Positions 1 through 11,500 of a DNA stretch of 64,000 nucleotides are shown in pieces. Numbering within the stretch: the first letter of the stretch is position 1; every line of letters starts with the position of its first letter. Below the pieces are notes generated by a model. That model saw only the letters and a program-made list of their open reading frames with translations. It had not been told where the DNA came from and did no database searches. This stretch comes from Bacteroidota bacterium. GTDB taxonomy: Bacteria; Bacteroidota; Bacteroidia; AKYH767-A; OLB10. The translations under genes and the position numbers were made by a program. The DNA lies in assembly GCA_031366005.1 (NCBI GenBank), contig JANLZB010000068.1, forward strand, positions 20,311 through 84,310, read 5' to 3'.

Positions 1-930
1 TTTCAAAGTTTACAGGAAGCGGGAAGACCCGATGCTATGGATATCCGCAGGGCACGATTAAATTTCCGTGGAAACGTAACTCCTACATGGGAATACCGTT
101 TACAGGTGGATATGGCTGGAACTCCAAAAGTATTGGATGCGATTGCAACATTCAAACCTTACGACTTCTTCAAAATTCAGGCAGGAGAGTTTAAGGTTCC
201 TTTATCAATGGAAAACAATACACCTTCTGATCTGATGGATGTAATAGAGCGTGCTCAAGTTGTGGAAGCTCTGGTTGCCAGAAACAAGGATGTGCTTGGC
301 AATAATAACGGCCGCGATATTGGTGTGATGGCTTTCGGAAGTCTTTTAAAAATAAAGGACCATGCAATTATTGATTATTATTTAGGAGGATTCCAGGGAG
401 CGGGGATTAATGTATCAGACAATAATGAGGCTAAAGATTTTGGTGCACGATTAATATTGCACCCCATAAAAGGACTTGATATCGGTGCTGCATATTATGA
501 CGGTTTTAGTAAAATCGGAACTATACCGGTCGGTTTTATTGTTGCAAGAGATAACATCAGGACTCGAATTGCAGGAGAATTAAGCTATGTTTATAAATTT
601 ATTTCTGTCAAAGGCGAGTATATACATGGGGAAGATGGGGATTATGTTAAAGGAAAAACAGAATATTCATACATTCACACAAAAAGAGAAGGATGGTATG
701 CACAAATTGCAGCTTATGTAATTCCAAAGAAAATTCAAGTGGTTGGCAGATGGGATTCATACGATCCGGATATACACAAACCTGCTAACGCAACGCTCAA
801 TATACTTGGTGGTGTAAATTATTATTTCAATGACTGGGCAAAGCTGCAGGTGAACTATACCAGTCGAAATGAATCAGGAAAAACAATTAATAATGATATC
901 ATCGGGGTTCAGTTACAAGTAGGTTTCTAA
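1..930 (+). CDS. Phosphate-selective porin (OprO/OprP-like), 5'-truncated by the window edge
   Basis: Frame is open from the window start; beta-barrel pattern (IRRARLNFRG, C-terminal LQVGF); lies directly upstream of pstS. Confidence 0.8.
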   Translation, partial: FQSLQEAGRPDAMDIRRARLNFRGNVTPTWEYRLQVDMAGTPKVLDAIATFKPYDFFKIQAGEFKVPLSMENNTPSDLMDVIERAQVVEALVARNKDVLGNNNGRDIGVMAFGSLLKIKDHAIIDYYLGGFQGAGINVSDNNEAKDFGARLILHPIKGLDIGAAYYDGFSKIGTIPVGFIVARDNIRTRIAGELSYVYKFISVKGEYIHGEDGDYVKGKTEYSYIHTKREGWYAQIAAYVIPKKIQVVGRWDSYDPDIHKPANATLNILGGVNYYFNDWAKLQVNYTSRNESGKTINNDIIGVQLQVGF

Positions 931-968
931 TAAACAATTAAAATAATTCTAAAATCAAAACTTATATC

Positions 969-1916
969 ATGAAAAATAAAATAACAACACTTATCTCAAT
1001 CATAATTCTTCTTTCATCGGCAGGAAATAATATTAACGCACAAACAGGATTAAAAGGAAACATCACTATCTCCGGAGCCTTTGCGCTTTACCCTCTCACA
1101 GTAAAATGGGCGGAGGAGTTTAAGAAGCTCAATCCCGGAGTTAAGATTGATATTTCAGCAGGGGGTGCAGGTAAGGGAATGACAGATGCATTAACAGGAG
1201 CAGCAGATATTGGAATGATATCACGCGATATTAATCCTGAAGAAACCAAAAAAGGTGCATATCCTGTTGCTGTTTCTAAAGATGCGGTAGTACCAACAAT
1301 AAGTGCATTAAACCCCGCATTAAATGATCTTTTAAAAAAAGGAATAAAACGCGATGGATTAATTAATTTATGGGCTACAGGCCGCGCAAAAACATGGGGT
1401 AATGCTACAGGAATTAAGTCAGGAGCACCAGTACATGTTTACACTCGTTCTGATGCATCAGGTGCAGGAGAAACATGGGCCAAATATCTTGGTAAAAAGC
1501 AGGAAGATTTATTAGGGGTTGGCGTGTTTGGTGATCCCGGTGTTGCTACTGCAGTTAAAAAAGATCCTATTGGAATTGGCTATAATAACATCGTTTATGT
1601 GTATGATGCCAAAACAAATCGCCAGACCAATGGTGTGCGTGTGTTGCCTTTGGATTTGAATAACAATGGTACTATTGATCCGAACGAAAATTTTTATGAT
1701 ACAATAGATGATCTGATCAATGCCATTTCTACAGGTAAATATCCTTCTCCTCCGGCCCGTGATTTATATTTTGTAACAAAGGGAAAAACAGCTAATCCTA
1801 TTGTGAAAGCTTTCTTAAAGTTTTGTCTCAGTGAAGGTCAGCAATATATTCACGAAGCAGGATATATAAATTTATCAAAAGCCCGTGTTGAAACAGAGTT
1901 AAATAAAGTAAAATAA
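969..1916 (+). CDS. pstS: Phosphate ABC transporter substrate-binding protein
   Basis: Signal peptide; SAGGAGKG, RSDASG and IGIGY motifs of the PBP family; operon context. Confidence 0.9.
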   Translation: MKNKITTLISIIILLSSAGNNINAQTGLKGNITISGAFALYPLTVKWAEEFKKLNPGVKIDISAGGAGKGMTDALTGAADIGMISRDINPEETKKGAYPVAVSKDAVVPTISALNPALNDLLKKGIKRDGLINLWATGRAKTWGNATGIKSGAPVHVYTRSDASGAGETWAKYLGKKQEDLLGVGVFGDPGVATAVKKDPIGIGYNNIVYVYDAKTNRQTNGVRVLPLDLNNNGTIDPNENFYDTIDDLINAISTGKYPSPPARDLYFVTKGKTANPIVKAFLKFCLSEGQQYIHEAGYINLSKARVETELNKVK

Positions 1917-1946
1917 ACATAGCCGGATATTTTTAATTTTAGCCCG

Positions 1947-2843
1947 GTGAATTCTACAAGAACTATTGTTGACAAACTAACTGCACGGACAATGCATAGT
2001 TTAACTATCATGTCAGTGTTTTTAATGGTATTAATTGGTGTAGGTTTATTTATCAAAGCCTTACCCATTTTGCGTGAACATTCAATTATTGAAATGCTTA
2101 ATTCGGAAAGCTGGCGGCCATTTAAAAAAGAATTTGGCTTTTACCCTTTCATCATGGGAACTTTTTGGGTAACCGCCATTGCGCTTATTATTTCATTTCC
2201 ATTATGTCTGCTAACCGGAATTTATCTTTCAGAATATGCTCCGCAAAGTGTAAAACGCATCATTAATCCCGTTGTAGATGTATTGGCAGGAGTACCACCG
2301 GTTGTATTTGGTGTGTGGGGCGTTTTAACAGTTGTACCAATTATTTCAGAAAATATTGCGCCTCATTTTGTAGAATATTCAACGGGTTATAGTGTTTTAG
2401 CCGGGGGAATTGTTTTGGCAATTATGATATTTCCGCTTATCCTGAGCATACTTGGAGAAGTATTCAGCGCAATATCGCACGAACTTCGTGATGCATCCGC
2501 ATCATTAGGAGCCACAAAATGGCAAACCACAAAATTTGTTGTAGTGCGTAAAGCCGTTCCGGGAATTATCGCAGCAATGGTATTAGCTATCTCAAGAGCA
2601 TTAGGAGAAACAATTGCCGTGCTTATGGTATGCGGTAACATCTCCCAGATTCCTCATTCAATATTTGATTCCTGCTATCCATTACCTGCATTGATTGCCA
2701 ATAATTACGGAGAGATGATGAGTATTCCATTGTACGATTCAGCGCTTATGCTGGCAGCATTAATCTTATTTGTAATAATTATTTTCTTTAATATTATTTC
2801 AAGATTCACACTTAAAAGATTGGAGAAAAGATTTAAAATATGA
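1947..2843 (+). CDS. pstC: Phosphate ABC transporter permease PstC
   Basis: LAGVPPVVFG, SLGATKWQT (EAA-loop region) and SRALGETIAV motifs; GTG start. Confidence 0.93.
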   Translation: MNSTRTIVDKLTARTMHSLTIMSVFLMVLIGVGLFIKALPILREHSIIEMLNSESWRPFKKEFGFYPFIMGTFWVTAIALIISFPLCLLTGIYLSEYAPQSVKRIINPVVDVLAGVPPVVFGVWGVLTVVPIISENIAPHFVEYSTGYSVLAGGIVLAIMIFPLILSILGEVFSAISHELRDASASLGATKWQTTKFVVVRKAVPGIIAAMVLAISRALGETIAVLMVCGNISQIPHSIFDSCYPLPALIANNYGEMMSIPLYDSALMLAALILFVIIIFFNIISRFTLKRLEKRFKI

Positions 2844-3679
2844 ACAGGATAGAAGAATTAATTTTCAAGTTTTTAATGAAGGTTTCGGCTTTCATCATTG
2901 TATTCAGCTTACTCGCCATACTCTATACAATTGTAAGTAAAGGTTTTCCTTCCATGAGCTGGGATATGGTAAGCAAAATTCCCGAAGGAGGATTTTATAT
3001 TGGTAAAGGAGGTGGTATCTTAAATGCAATAATAGGTTCTATGTACGTGGCAGGTGGAGCAACAATACTTGCATTGATTATAAGTATTCCAATTGTACTT
3101 TACATCAATGTTTATTTACCTAAAGATTCCAAACTTGTTAATCTTGTTCGTTCCTCCTTCGACATTATGTTTGGAGTTCCTTCCATTGTTTATGGTGCAT
3201 TTGGTTTCACATTAATGGTAATGTTGGGATTAAAGACATCAGTACTTGCAGGAATTATTACTGTTGCTTTTTTAGTGGTACCAATTATGGTGCGCACAAT
3301 GGATGAAGTAATGCGGCTTGTTCCAAAAGAACTAAATGACGCAGTCTATTCACTCGGTGCAACACGCTGGGAAACTTCATTGGTTATATTAAGACAGGTT
3401 GCCCCTGGCATATTAACTGCGATCTTACTTTCCTTCGGGAGAGGAATTGGTGATGCAGCTTGTGTGTTATTCACTACCGGTTACACGGATAGTATTCCTA
3501 CTTCATTAAGCCAGCCTGCAGCCACATTACCGCTTGCTATTTTCTTTCAGTTAAGTAGTCCGATTGAAGAAGTTCAGGGAAGAGCGTATGCTGCAGCACT
3601 TATCTTAACCATTATTGTCTTGCTTATAAGTATGACATCAAGATTTATTTCCAACAAATTATCAAAGCATAAGATTTAA
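2840..3679 (+). CDS. pstA: Phosphate ABC transporter permease PstA
   Basis: GVPSIVYGAFG, SLGATRWET and GRGIGDAA motifs; 4-bp overlap with pstC. Confidence 0.93.
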   Translation: MNRIEELIFKFLMKVSAFIIVFSLLAILYTIVSKGFPSMSWDMVSKIPEGGFYIGKGGGILNAIIGSMYVAGGATILALIISIPIVLYINVYLPKDSKLVNLVRSSFDIMFGVPSIVYGAFGFTLMVMLGLKTSVLAGIITVAFLVVPIMVRTMDEVMRLVPKELNDAVYSLGATRWETSLVILRQVAPGILTAILLSFGRGIGDAACVLFTTGYTDSIPTSLSQPAATLPLAIFFQLSSPIEEVQGRAYAAALILTIIVLLISMTSRFISNKLSKHKI

Positions 3680-3682
3680 ATT

Positions 3683-4444
3683 ATGGCGAATCCTTCAAGT
3701 ATAAATGTTCAGAACCTCAATGTATATATTGGCGATAATCACATTCTCAAAAATATTAACGTAGAAATTCCTGAGAAAAAGATAACCTGCATAATTGGTC
3801 CCTCAGGATGTGGGAAAACTACTTTATTCAAATCATTCAACCGGTTGCTTGAGAATAATGTTAACACGCGAATAGAGGGTAAGGTTTTAGTGGACGGTCA
3901 GGATATTTATGATAAGAATGCAAATGTTACTTCTATTCGTAAAAAGATGGGTTTGCTTAACCAACGCCCTACTCCACTACCAATGTCAATTCATGCCAAT
4001 GTGGTTTACGGTTTAAAAATACATGGCATACGTGATAAAAAAGTACACGCACAAAAAGTAACACATTATTTAAAGATTGCTTCACTTTGGGATGAAGTTA
4101 AAAACCGCCTTGCTGATCCTGCTTCAGGTCTTTCAATCGGTCAGCAGCAACGGCTTTGTCTGGCAAGAGGTCTGGCAGTGGAACCTTCTATTATACTTGG
4201 TGATGAACCTACCTCAGCGCTTGATCCTATTTCAAGTAAATGGATTGAAGAAAAATTTGTTGAGCTGAAAAATGAATATACCATTATCATGGTAACACAT
4301 ATTCTCCGTCAGGCAAGACGCATTGCTGACTATGTAATTTTTATGTACATGGGTGAGATAGTGGAACATGGACCTGCAATGGAAGTGTTAGAAAATCCTA
4401 AGGAGAAGCTCACACGCGAATATGTGAAGGGTATTATCAGTTAA
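3683..4444 (+). CDS. pstB: Phosphate ABC transporter ATP-binding protein
   Basis: Walker A GPSGCGKT, signature LSIGQQQRLCLAR, DEPTSALDP. Confidence 0.95.
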   Translation: MANPSSINVQNLNVYIGDNHILKNINVEIPEKKITCIIGPSGCGKTTLFKSFNRLLENNVNTRIEGKVLVDGQDIYDKNANVTSIRKKMGLLNQRPTPLPMSIHANVVYGLKIHGIRDKKVHAQKVTHYLKIASLWDEVKNRLADPASGLSIGQQQRLCLARGLAVEPSIILGDEPTSALDPISSKWIEEKFVELKNEYTIIMVTHILRQARRIADYVIFMYMGEIVEHGPAMEVLENPKEKLTREYVKGIIS

Positions 4445-4450
4445 TTTAAT

Positions 4451-4533
4451 GTTTACGATTTACAGTTTATTTTTTACAATTTACAGTTTACAGATATAGA
4501 ATAACAAAAACCGTAAACAGTAAACTGTAAACA
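4451..4533. repeat. Inverted arrangement of 7-bp repeats (TTTACAG ... CTGTAAA)
   Basis: gtttacg/tttacag copies face ccgtaaa/cagtaaa/ctgtaaa copies; the same family occurs near 14741, 23121-23220 and 34659-34688. Confidence 0.6.
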
Positions 4534-4536
4534 AAA

Positions 4537-5037
4537 ATGCAGCAGGTAATTTTAGTAGATGAGTTTGATAATTCCATTGGAACAATGGAGAAAATGCAGG
4601 CTCATCGAGAAGGAGTTTTACACCGGGCTTTCTCAATTTTGATTTATAACGCCAAAGGAGAAATGCTTTTACAACAGCGTGCTGATGACAAGTATCATTC
4701 AGGAGGTTTGTGGACCAATGCCTGTTGCAGCCATCCAAAACCAGGAGAAGAAATTTCAGCTGCCGCACATCGAAGATTATTTGAAGAAATAAATCTTCAA
4801 TGCGATTTAGAAATTATAGGGCATTTCATTTATAAACATCAGTTTGAAAAAAATCTTTTTGAACATGAATATGATTATGTTTTAAAAGGTGTTACTGATA
4901 TGCAACCAGCATTAAATCCTGAAGAAGTAAAAGCTTTTAAATGGTTTAATAAAACCGAGCTGTTGGAAGACGTGAAAGTTAATCCTGAAAAATATACGAT
5001 TTGGTTTAAGGAAATTATAAAGCGGAACATACTTTAA
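4537..5037 (+). CDS. idi: Isopentenyl-diphosphate delta-isomerase, type 1
   Basis: HRAFS, WTNACCSHP and EHEYD motifs. Confidence 0.95.
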   Translation: MQQVILVDEFDNSIGTMEKMQAHREGVLHRAFSILIYNAKGEMLLQQRADDKYHSGGLWTNACCSHPKPGEEISAAAHRRLFEEINLQCDLEIIGHFIYKHQFEKNLFEHEYDYVLKGVTDMQPALNPEEVKAFKWFNKTELLEDVKVNPEKYTIWFKEIIKRNIL

Positions 5038-5433
5038 TTACTGGTTTTTAAATTTATATTTTTCATTTTAAAACAAAAGGCTGATCAAACTACTTAACCA
5101 TTTATTAGAGGAAGAACTTATATTGTTTACAAGATAAAAAGTTACTCCTGAATTCAAATTTTTCTACCTTTTATTTTGTAAGAAATTTCAATACTCCGCT
5201 GTAATTTTTCCTGTTCTTCTTGTGAATTCCTCCATTATAGCTTGTAAATCATTTTCTTTTTATTAATTCCTTACAGGTATTTTTTATCTATAACGGTACT
5301 TGATTAATAATCTTTCCCTCTGTACCATTCTGCAATTCATGATTTCGACAGGTAATTTCTGACATAACCAGCTCTTTTCTTACATCCAACAGTAAGTGTT
5401 AATGATTCAGAATTTGCGACCGAAAGCCGCGCG

Positions 5434-5441
5434 TAGCTTTG
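5434..5441 (+). promoter_or_regulatory. Bacteroidota -7 promoter element (TAGCTTTG)
   Basis: Matches TAnnTTTG about 70 bp upstream of the ATG at 5511. Confidence 0.5.
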
Positions 5442-5510
5442 ATTACACATAAAAGTATTCTCTCAAATAAGTGAAACTTTTATATAGAAAATACGCAAAA
5501 CAAAATCATA

Positions 5511-8500
5511 ATGAATAAGTATTTACAGTTCAAAATCATTGCCCTCAGCATAGCTGCGGTGTTTGTGTTTGCTTCTCAGAAGGCAAATGCGAGTCACGCA
5601 ATGGGCGCTGATCTTACATACCAATGTTTGGGAGGTAATACTTACAAATTACGGCTTTCATTTTACCGTGATTGTATCGGTATCAATGCTCCCTCTTCAG
5701 TGTATGTAAAAATCAATTCTGCTAGTTGTGGACAGAATTTAGGAATCACATGCAAACCCATCACGGGTACAGGACAGGAAGTAACTGCAATGTGCCCTGC
5801 AGCAAATTCAACCTGTAATGGCGGATCATTTACCGGAATACAGGAATGGATTTATGAGGGCACAGTGACACTGCCTATGCAATGCTCTGACTGGATTTTT
5901 TCTTATTCACTTTGCTGCCGCAATGCTGCAATTTCTACAATTACCAATCCTGGTTCAAGCACATTTTACATTTACGCAACGCTTAACAATACTATTTCGC
6001 CATGCAACAGTTCACCTACATTCACAAATAAACCGGTTCCTTTTTCCTGCTTAGGCCAGCAGTTTCAATTTAATCACGGTGCAGTTGATCCTGATGGTGA
6101 CTCATTGGCTTATACATTGGTTAACCCGATGCAAACAGTTTCGAATCCTGTAAATTATATCAATCCTTATTCAGCTACCGATCCTCTCAACTCGGTACCC
6201 GCATTACAATTTAACACGGCAACGGGTGACATCACTTTTAATCCGCAGCAGTTACAGGTAACTGTAATGTCCGTTTTAGTTCAGGAATTCCGCAATGGTG
6301 TTTTGATCGGTTCAGTGATACGAGATATTCAGATTACAGTAATTAATTGCACCAATGATTTACCATCCCTTTCAGGAATAAACGGGACAAATAATTTTAA
6401 TGCAACTATATGCGCGAATGTTCCTTACTGCTTCAACATATTTTCCAATGACTTAAATGCAGGACAACAATTGAATGTGACCTGGAATGCTGGAATTGAC
6501 AGTGCAACTTTTACAACTGCAGGAACCCCTCATCCGACAGGAACGTTTTGCTGGACACCTTCAGTTGCTGATATTGCCTCTTCACCTCATTGTTTTACAG
6601 CACGTGTGAATGATGACGCCTGTCCCTATCTCGGAAGCCAGACCTATTCCTATTGCTTAACAGTGACAGGACTTAATATGAATGCAGGGCCTGATCAAGC
6701 CATTGCCTGCAGTGATCTGGCAACAATAGCTGGAAATGTATCTGGTGGAAATCCGCCATATTCCTATCAATGGAGTAATGGTTATACTGGTCAGGCACAA
6801 ACCGTAGGAATAGGAACTTATATTGTAACTGCGAGTGATGGAAATTGTTCTGCAACTGATACGGTGAATGTAATCAGTGCATTCGAGCCAGCTGCCGGTT
6901 TCAACTGGACAGGAGGTTGCGCTTTTAGTCCTGTAAATTTTAATGATCAAAGCACAACACCAGCAGGAATAATTACTAACTGGTATTGGGACTTTGGTGA
7001 CTTATCAGGTTCCACACTTCAAAATCCAATACATGTGTATTCTGCTCCCGGAACTTATCAAGTTACACTTGTGGTAGTAAATAATTTAGGATGTAATGAT
7101 ACAATCGTACAACCTGTTGTGGTTTTACCAATTCCTTCTGCAAGTTTTACAACGGGTAATGCCTGTATGGGATCAACTACCTGTTTTAATAATACAAGTG
7201 TACCTTCCGGTTCATCATGGTGGTATTTTGGAAACGGTGATTCCTCTCAGTTATCCAACCCATGTACTACTTTTAACTCGGCAGGCACTTACACTGTTAC
7301 ATTAGTAAGCGGTGACACGCTTGGTTGCGTGGATACAATTTCACAGAGCGTGATTATTAATCCTTTACCCATCGCAAACTTTACAAATTCGATAGCTACT
7401 TGTCAGAATGGAAACATAACTTTTACAAGTACATCTTCAGGAAATCCAACTGGATATTGGTGGAGCTTTGGCGATGGCGATACTTCCACGCTTCAAAATC
7501 CAATTCACGATTATTCTTCCTCCGGAAATTATATAGTTACCTTGGTTGTAATAAATCAATATGGTTGCAGTGATACAATTACTCATTCCATTTCAATCAA
7601 TCCACCACCCTTTGCAAATGCAGGTCCGGATCAGGCGATTTGCCTCGGGAGCAACGTAACTTTAACAGCAACAGGCGGAGTAAGCTATCAGTGGAATCCA
7701 GGTGGAGACACAACAGGAACCATTATTGTTTCTCCTTCATCAGGTACTACTTACACAGTAATTGTAACAGATGCAAACGGGTGCTCATCCGCTGATACAA
7801 TTGCAATCAATGTGAACCCACTTCCTAATCCAACGGTAAGCCCAGATCAGTCAGTTTGCGCAGGACAAAGTGTAATACTTATTGCTGGTGGAGGAGTTAG
7901 CTATGAGTGGAATCCGACTGGTGCCACTACGTCCACAATTACTGTGACACCGGGAAGTTCAACTACTTATGCAGTAAATGTTATTGATGCCAACGGTTGC
8001 CAGGCAACTGCGTTTGTGAATATTACAATTCATCAGAATCCAACAGTAAATATGCCTACTGCAGTTTTTACCTGCACAGGTGTGAATACATTACTTGATC
8101 CGGGCAATGTGGGAACAAGTTATCAGTGGAGCAATGGATCAACTTCTCAAACAATCAGCGTAAGCCAACAGGGAATTTATACTGTTACAGTAACCAACCA
8201 ATTCGGATGCACGGCATCAGGTTCAACGCAGGTAAGCGTAGGAGGCCAGGTTGTAAATAACGCTAACACCATTTCAATATGCCAGGGGAATACAACGGTT
8301 ATAAATGCAGGTTTTGCAGGAAGCACTTATCAATGGAACAATGGTTCAACAGCACAGACAATCACAGTGAGCAATGCAGGTAATTATAACGTAACGATAA
8401 CTGATGCCAATGGTTGCAGTGGTACTGTTACAAATACGGTGATGGTAAACGTACTTCCTCTAGCTGATTTTACTCCCAACAATGTTTGCATTAATGATCC

Positions 8501-11500
8501 GATGTTATTTCATGATATCTCAACAATTAATAATGGAAGTATCACTTCATGGAACTGGAACTTTGGCGATGGCAATGTATCACAGCAACAAAACCCGCAA
8601 CATATTTATCAGTCAACAGGAACATGGACAGTATCTTTAATCGTAACAAGTAACAGCGGATGTGCTGATACCGTTACAAAAAACTTTAGTGTATATCCTT
8701 TACCAACTGTAAACTTTATAGCAGCCAATTCATGCCAGATGCAATCAGTTCAGTTTACTGATCTGTCATCAATAGCAGTAGGAAACTTAACCGGATGGAA
8801 CTGGAATTTTGGAGATGGAAATTATTCATCACAACAAAATCCTTCACATCCTTATCAAAATCCCGGAACCTATTTTGTAACCTTAAATGTAACAACTGCA
8901 GGTGGATGTTCTGACAGCCTGGTGAAACAAGTGATAGTTTATCCTAAACCAGATGCAAACTTTACAGCAACACAAATTTGCCTGAACAGTCCTACATCCT
9001 TTACAAACACTTCTTCCGTTACAGGAGGAACCATCACCAATTGGTTATGGGATTTTGGAAATGGTTTGTTATCTGCTCAACAAAACCCATCCTATACTTA
9101 CGCAGCAGCAGGCACATATAATGTTTCATTAATCATCACAACATCCAATGGATGCAGTGATACAATAATTCAACCTGTAATTGTTAAACAAACACCAAAT
9201 GCTGATGCCGGAACAAGCTATACAGTTTGCAGAAATACACCGGTAACATTAACAGGTACAGGTGGTGTAAGTTATAGCTGGACTCCCGGAGGTGCAACAA
9301 GTGCTTCTATTATTGTTACACCTGCAGTTACCACTACCTATTACGTTATAGTAACTGGCGCAAACGGGTGTACTGCTACTGATAGTGTAAAGCTTAGTTT
9401 AAAAAATCTTCCTGTTGCAGATGCAGGGCCTGATAAACAGATTTGTGTTGGTACAACAACATCATTAACTGCTGCTGGTGGAGTAAGCTATTTGTGGAAT
9501 CCAGGAGGATTAACAACATCTACAATTAATGTTAATCCGACATCAACAACACAATATATTGTAATAGTAACAGGAGCTAACGGATGTTCCAATAACGACA
9601 CAGCCATTGTCACAGTGAATCCATTACCGCTTGCAAACGCAGGACCTGATCAAACAATTTGTGAAGGATCAACTATTGCACTTACTGCAAGTGGAGGAAC
9701 TTCCTATAACTGGCAAAACACAGGCGCTACAACTGCAACTATTTATATAAACCCAACTGCACCTACAGCTTATATTGTAAATGTAATTGACAGCACTGGT
9801 TGTCAGAATAAAGACACAGTAAATATTTCACTTAATCCAACACCAGTTGTAAATCTTACTCCTTCATTTTTCTGCATAGGATTCAGCACAACATTAGATG
9901 CGGCAATCGCTGGTGCGGTATATGAATGGCAACCCAATGGAGAGACTACACAAACAATCAGTGTGTCTGCTGCAGGAACGTATACCGTTTTAGTGACGAA
10001 TAGTTTTGGCTGCCAGGGATTAGGTTCAACTAATGTGGTTGAAGGTGGCACAGGATTAAGCGGTACTCCTACTAACGTTTTAATTTGCCAGGGAAATTCT
10101 ATTACACTTGATGCAGGTAATCCAGGATTAAATTATTCCTGGTCAACAGGCGCAATCACACAAACTATTTCTGTTAACACTTCAGGAAGTTATTCCGTAA
10201 CAGTTACTGATGGTAGTGGTTGCACTGCAACTTTTATTAATAATGTAACAGTGAATCCTTTGCCGGTTGTAGGTTTTACATCCTCTAATAGTTGTCTTGG
10301 AAACATCACGCAGTTTACCAATACTTCTACAATTTCTACAGGAACAATTGCAAATTATTTCTGGACTTTTGGAAATGGTTATTCCTCTTCACTACAAAAT
10401 CCTTCGCAGCTTTATTCAACGTCAGGAGCCTATAATACAACGTTGCAGGTTACTTCCGGATTTGGGTGTGTTGCTTCTGCCACAGTACCTGTTACTGTTG
10501 CTCCATTACCCATTGCAGATTTTAGTACCACAACAGTATGTAATAATAATGCAACACAATTCACAGATCTTTCAACACTATCTTCAGGAAGTATAACAGC
10601 ATGGAACTGGAATTTCGGAAATGGAAATATTTCAAGCAATCAAAATCCTTCTTTCACTTTTGCAACTGACGGAACTTATAATGTAATGCTTGTGGTTTCA
10701 AGTGGAACGGGTTGTAATGACACCACGCTACAATCGGTAACAATTAATCCTAAACCAATAGCAGCATTTAACGGTGCTGATGTTTGTGAAGGTGACTCCA
10801 CTGTATTTATTAATCTTTCATCAATCAATAACGGAGGAATAAGTGATTATACCTGGGATTTTGGTGATCAGCAAGGGTCTTCACTTGAAAATCCAACACA
10901 CTTATATGCAACAGCAGGAATATATGCTGTAACACTGATGGTGGGATCTGATCATGGCTGTATGGATACATTAACAAAAACAATAAATGTGAATGCACGT
11001 CCGATAGCCAACTTCTCTACTCCACCGGCATGTCATACTTCAAATTCAATATTTAATGATAACTCAACAGCCAATAATGGAAATGTAAATGGATGGTATT
11101 GGTCATTTGGTGATGGCGGAAGCAGCAATCAGCACAACACAACTCATCAATATAATAACCCCGGTAGTTATACAGTAACATTAGTTGCCACATCAGACAA
11201 AGGTTGCAGTGATACACTCACAAGAAATACAATAGTAAATCCCTTGCCCGTTATAAATTTCAGCACACAGGATGTTTGCTTTGGAAGCGCCACACAATTT
11301 ACTGACGCATCAGCTATTTCAAGTGGAACACTTAATTCATGGAATTGGAATTTTGGTGATAACACCATTTCATCACAACAAAATCCAACACATCAATATC
11401 CATCTGCCGGAACTTATAACGCTCAGTTAATTGTAAGTTCTAACAACGGATGTTTAGATACGCTATCTCATAGTGTGAATGTCTTCCCATTGCCTGCAGC

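Noticed and set aside
4444-4537. Absence of phoU after pstB
   Set aside because: phoU may lie elsewhere in the genome; its absence cannot be judged from this window.
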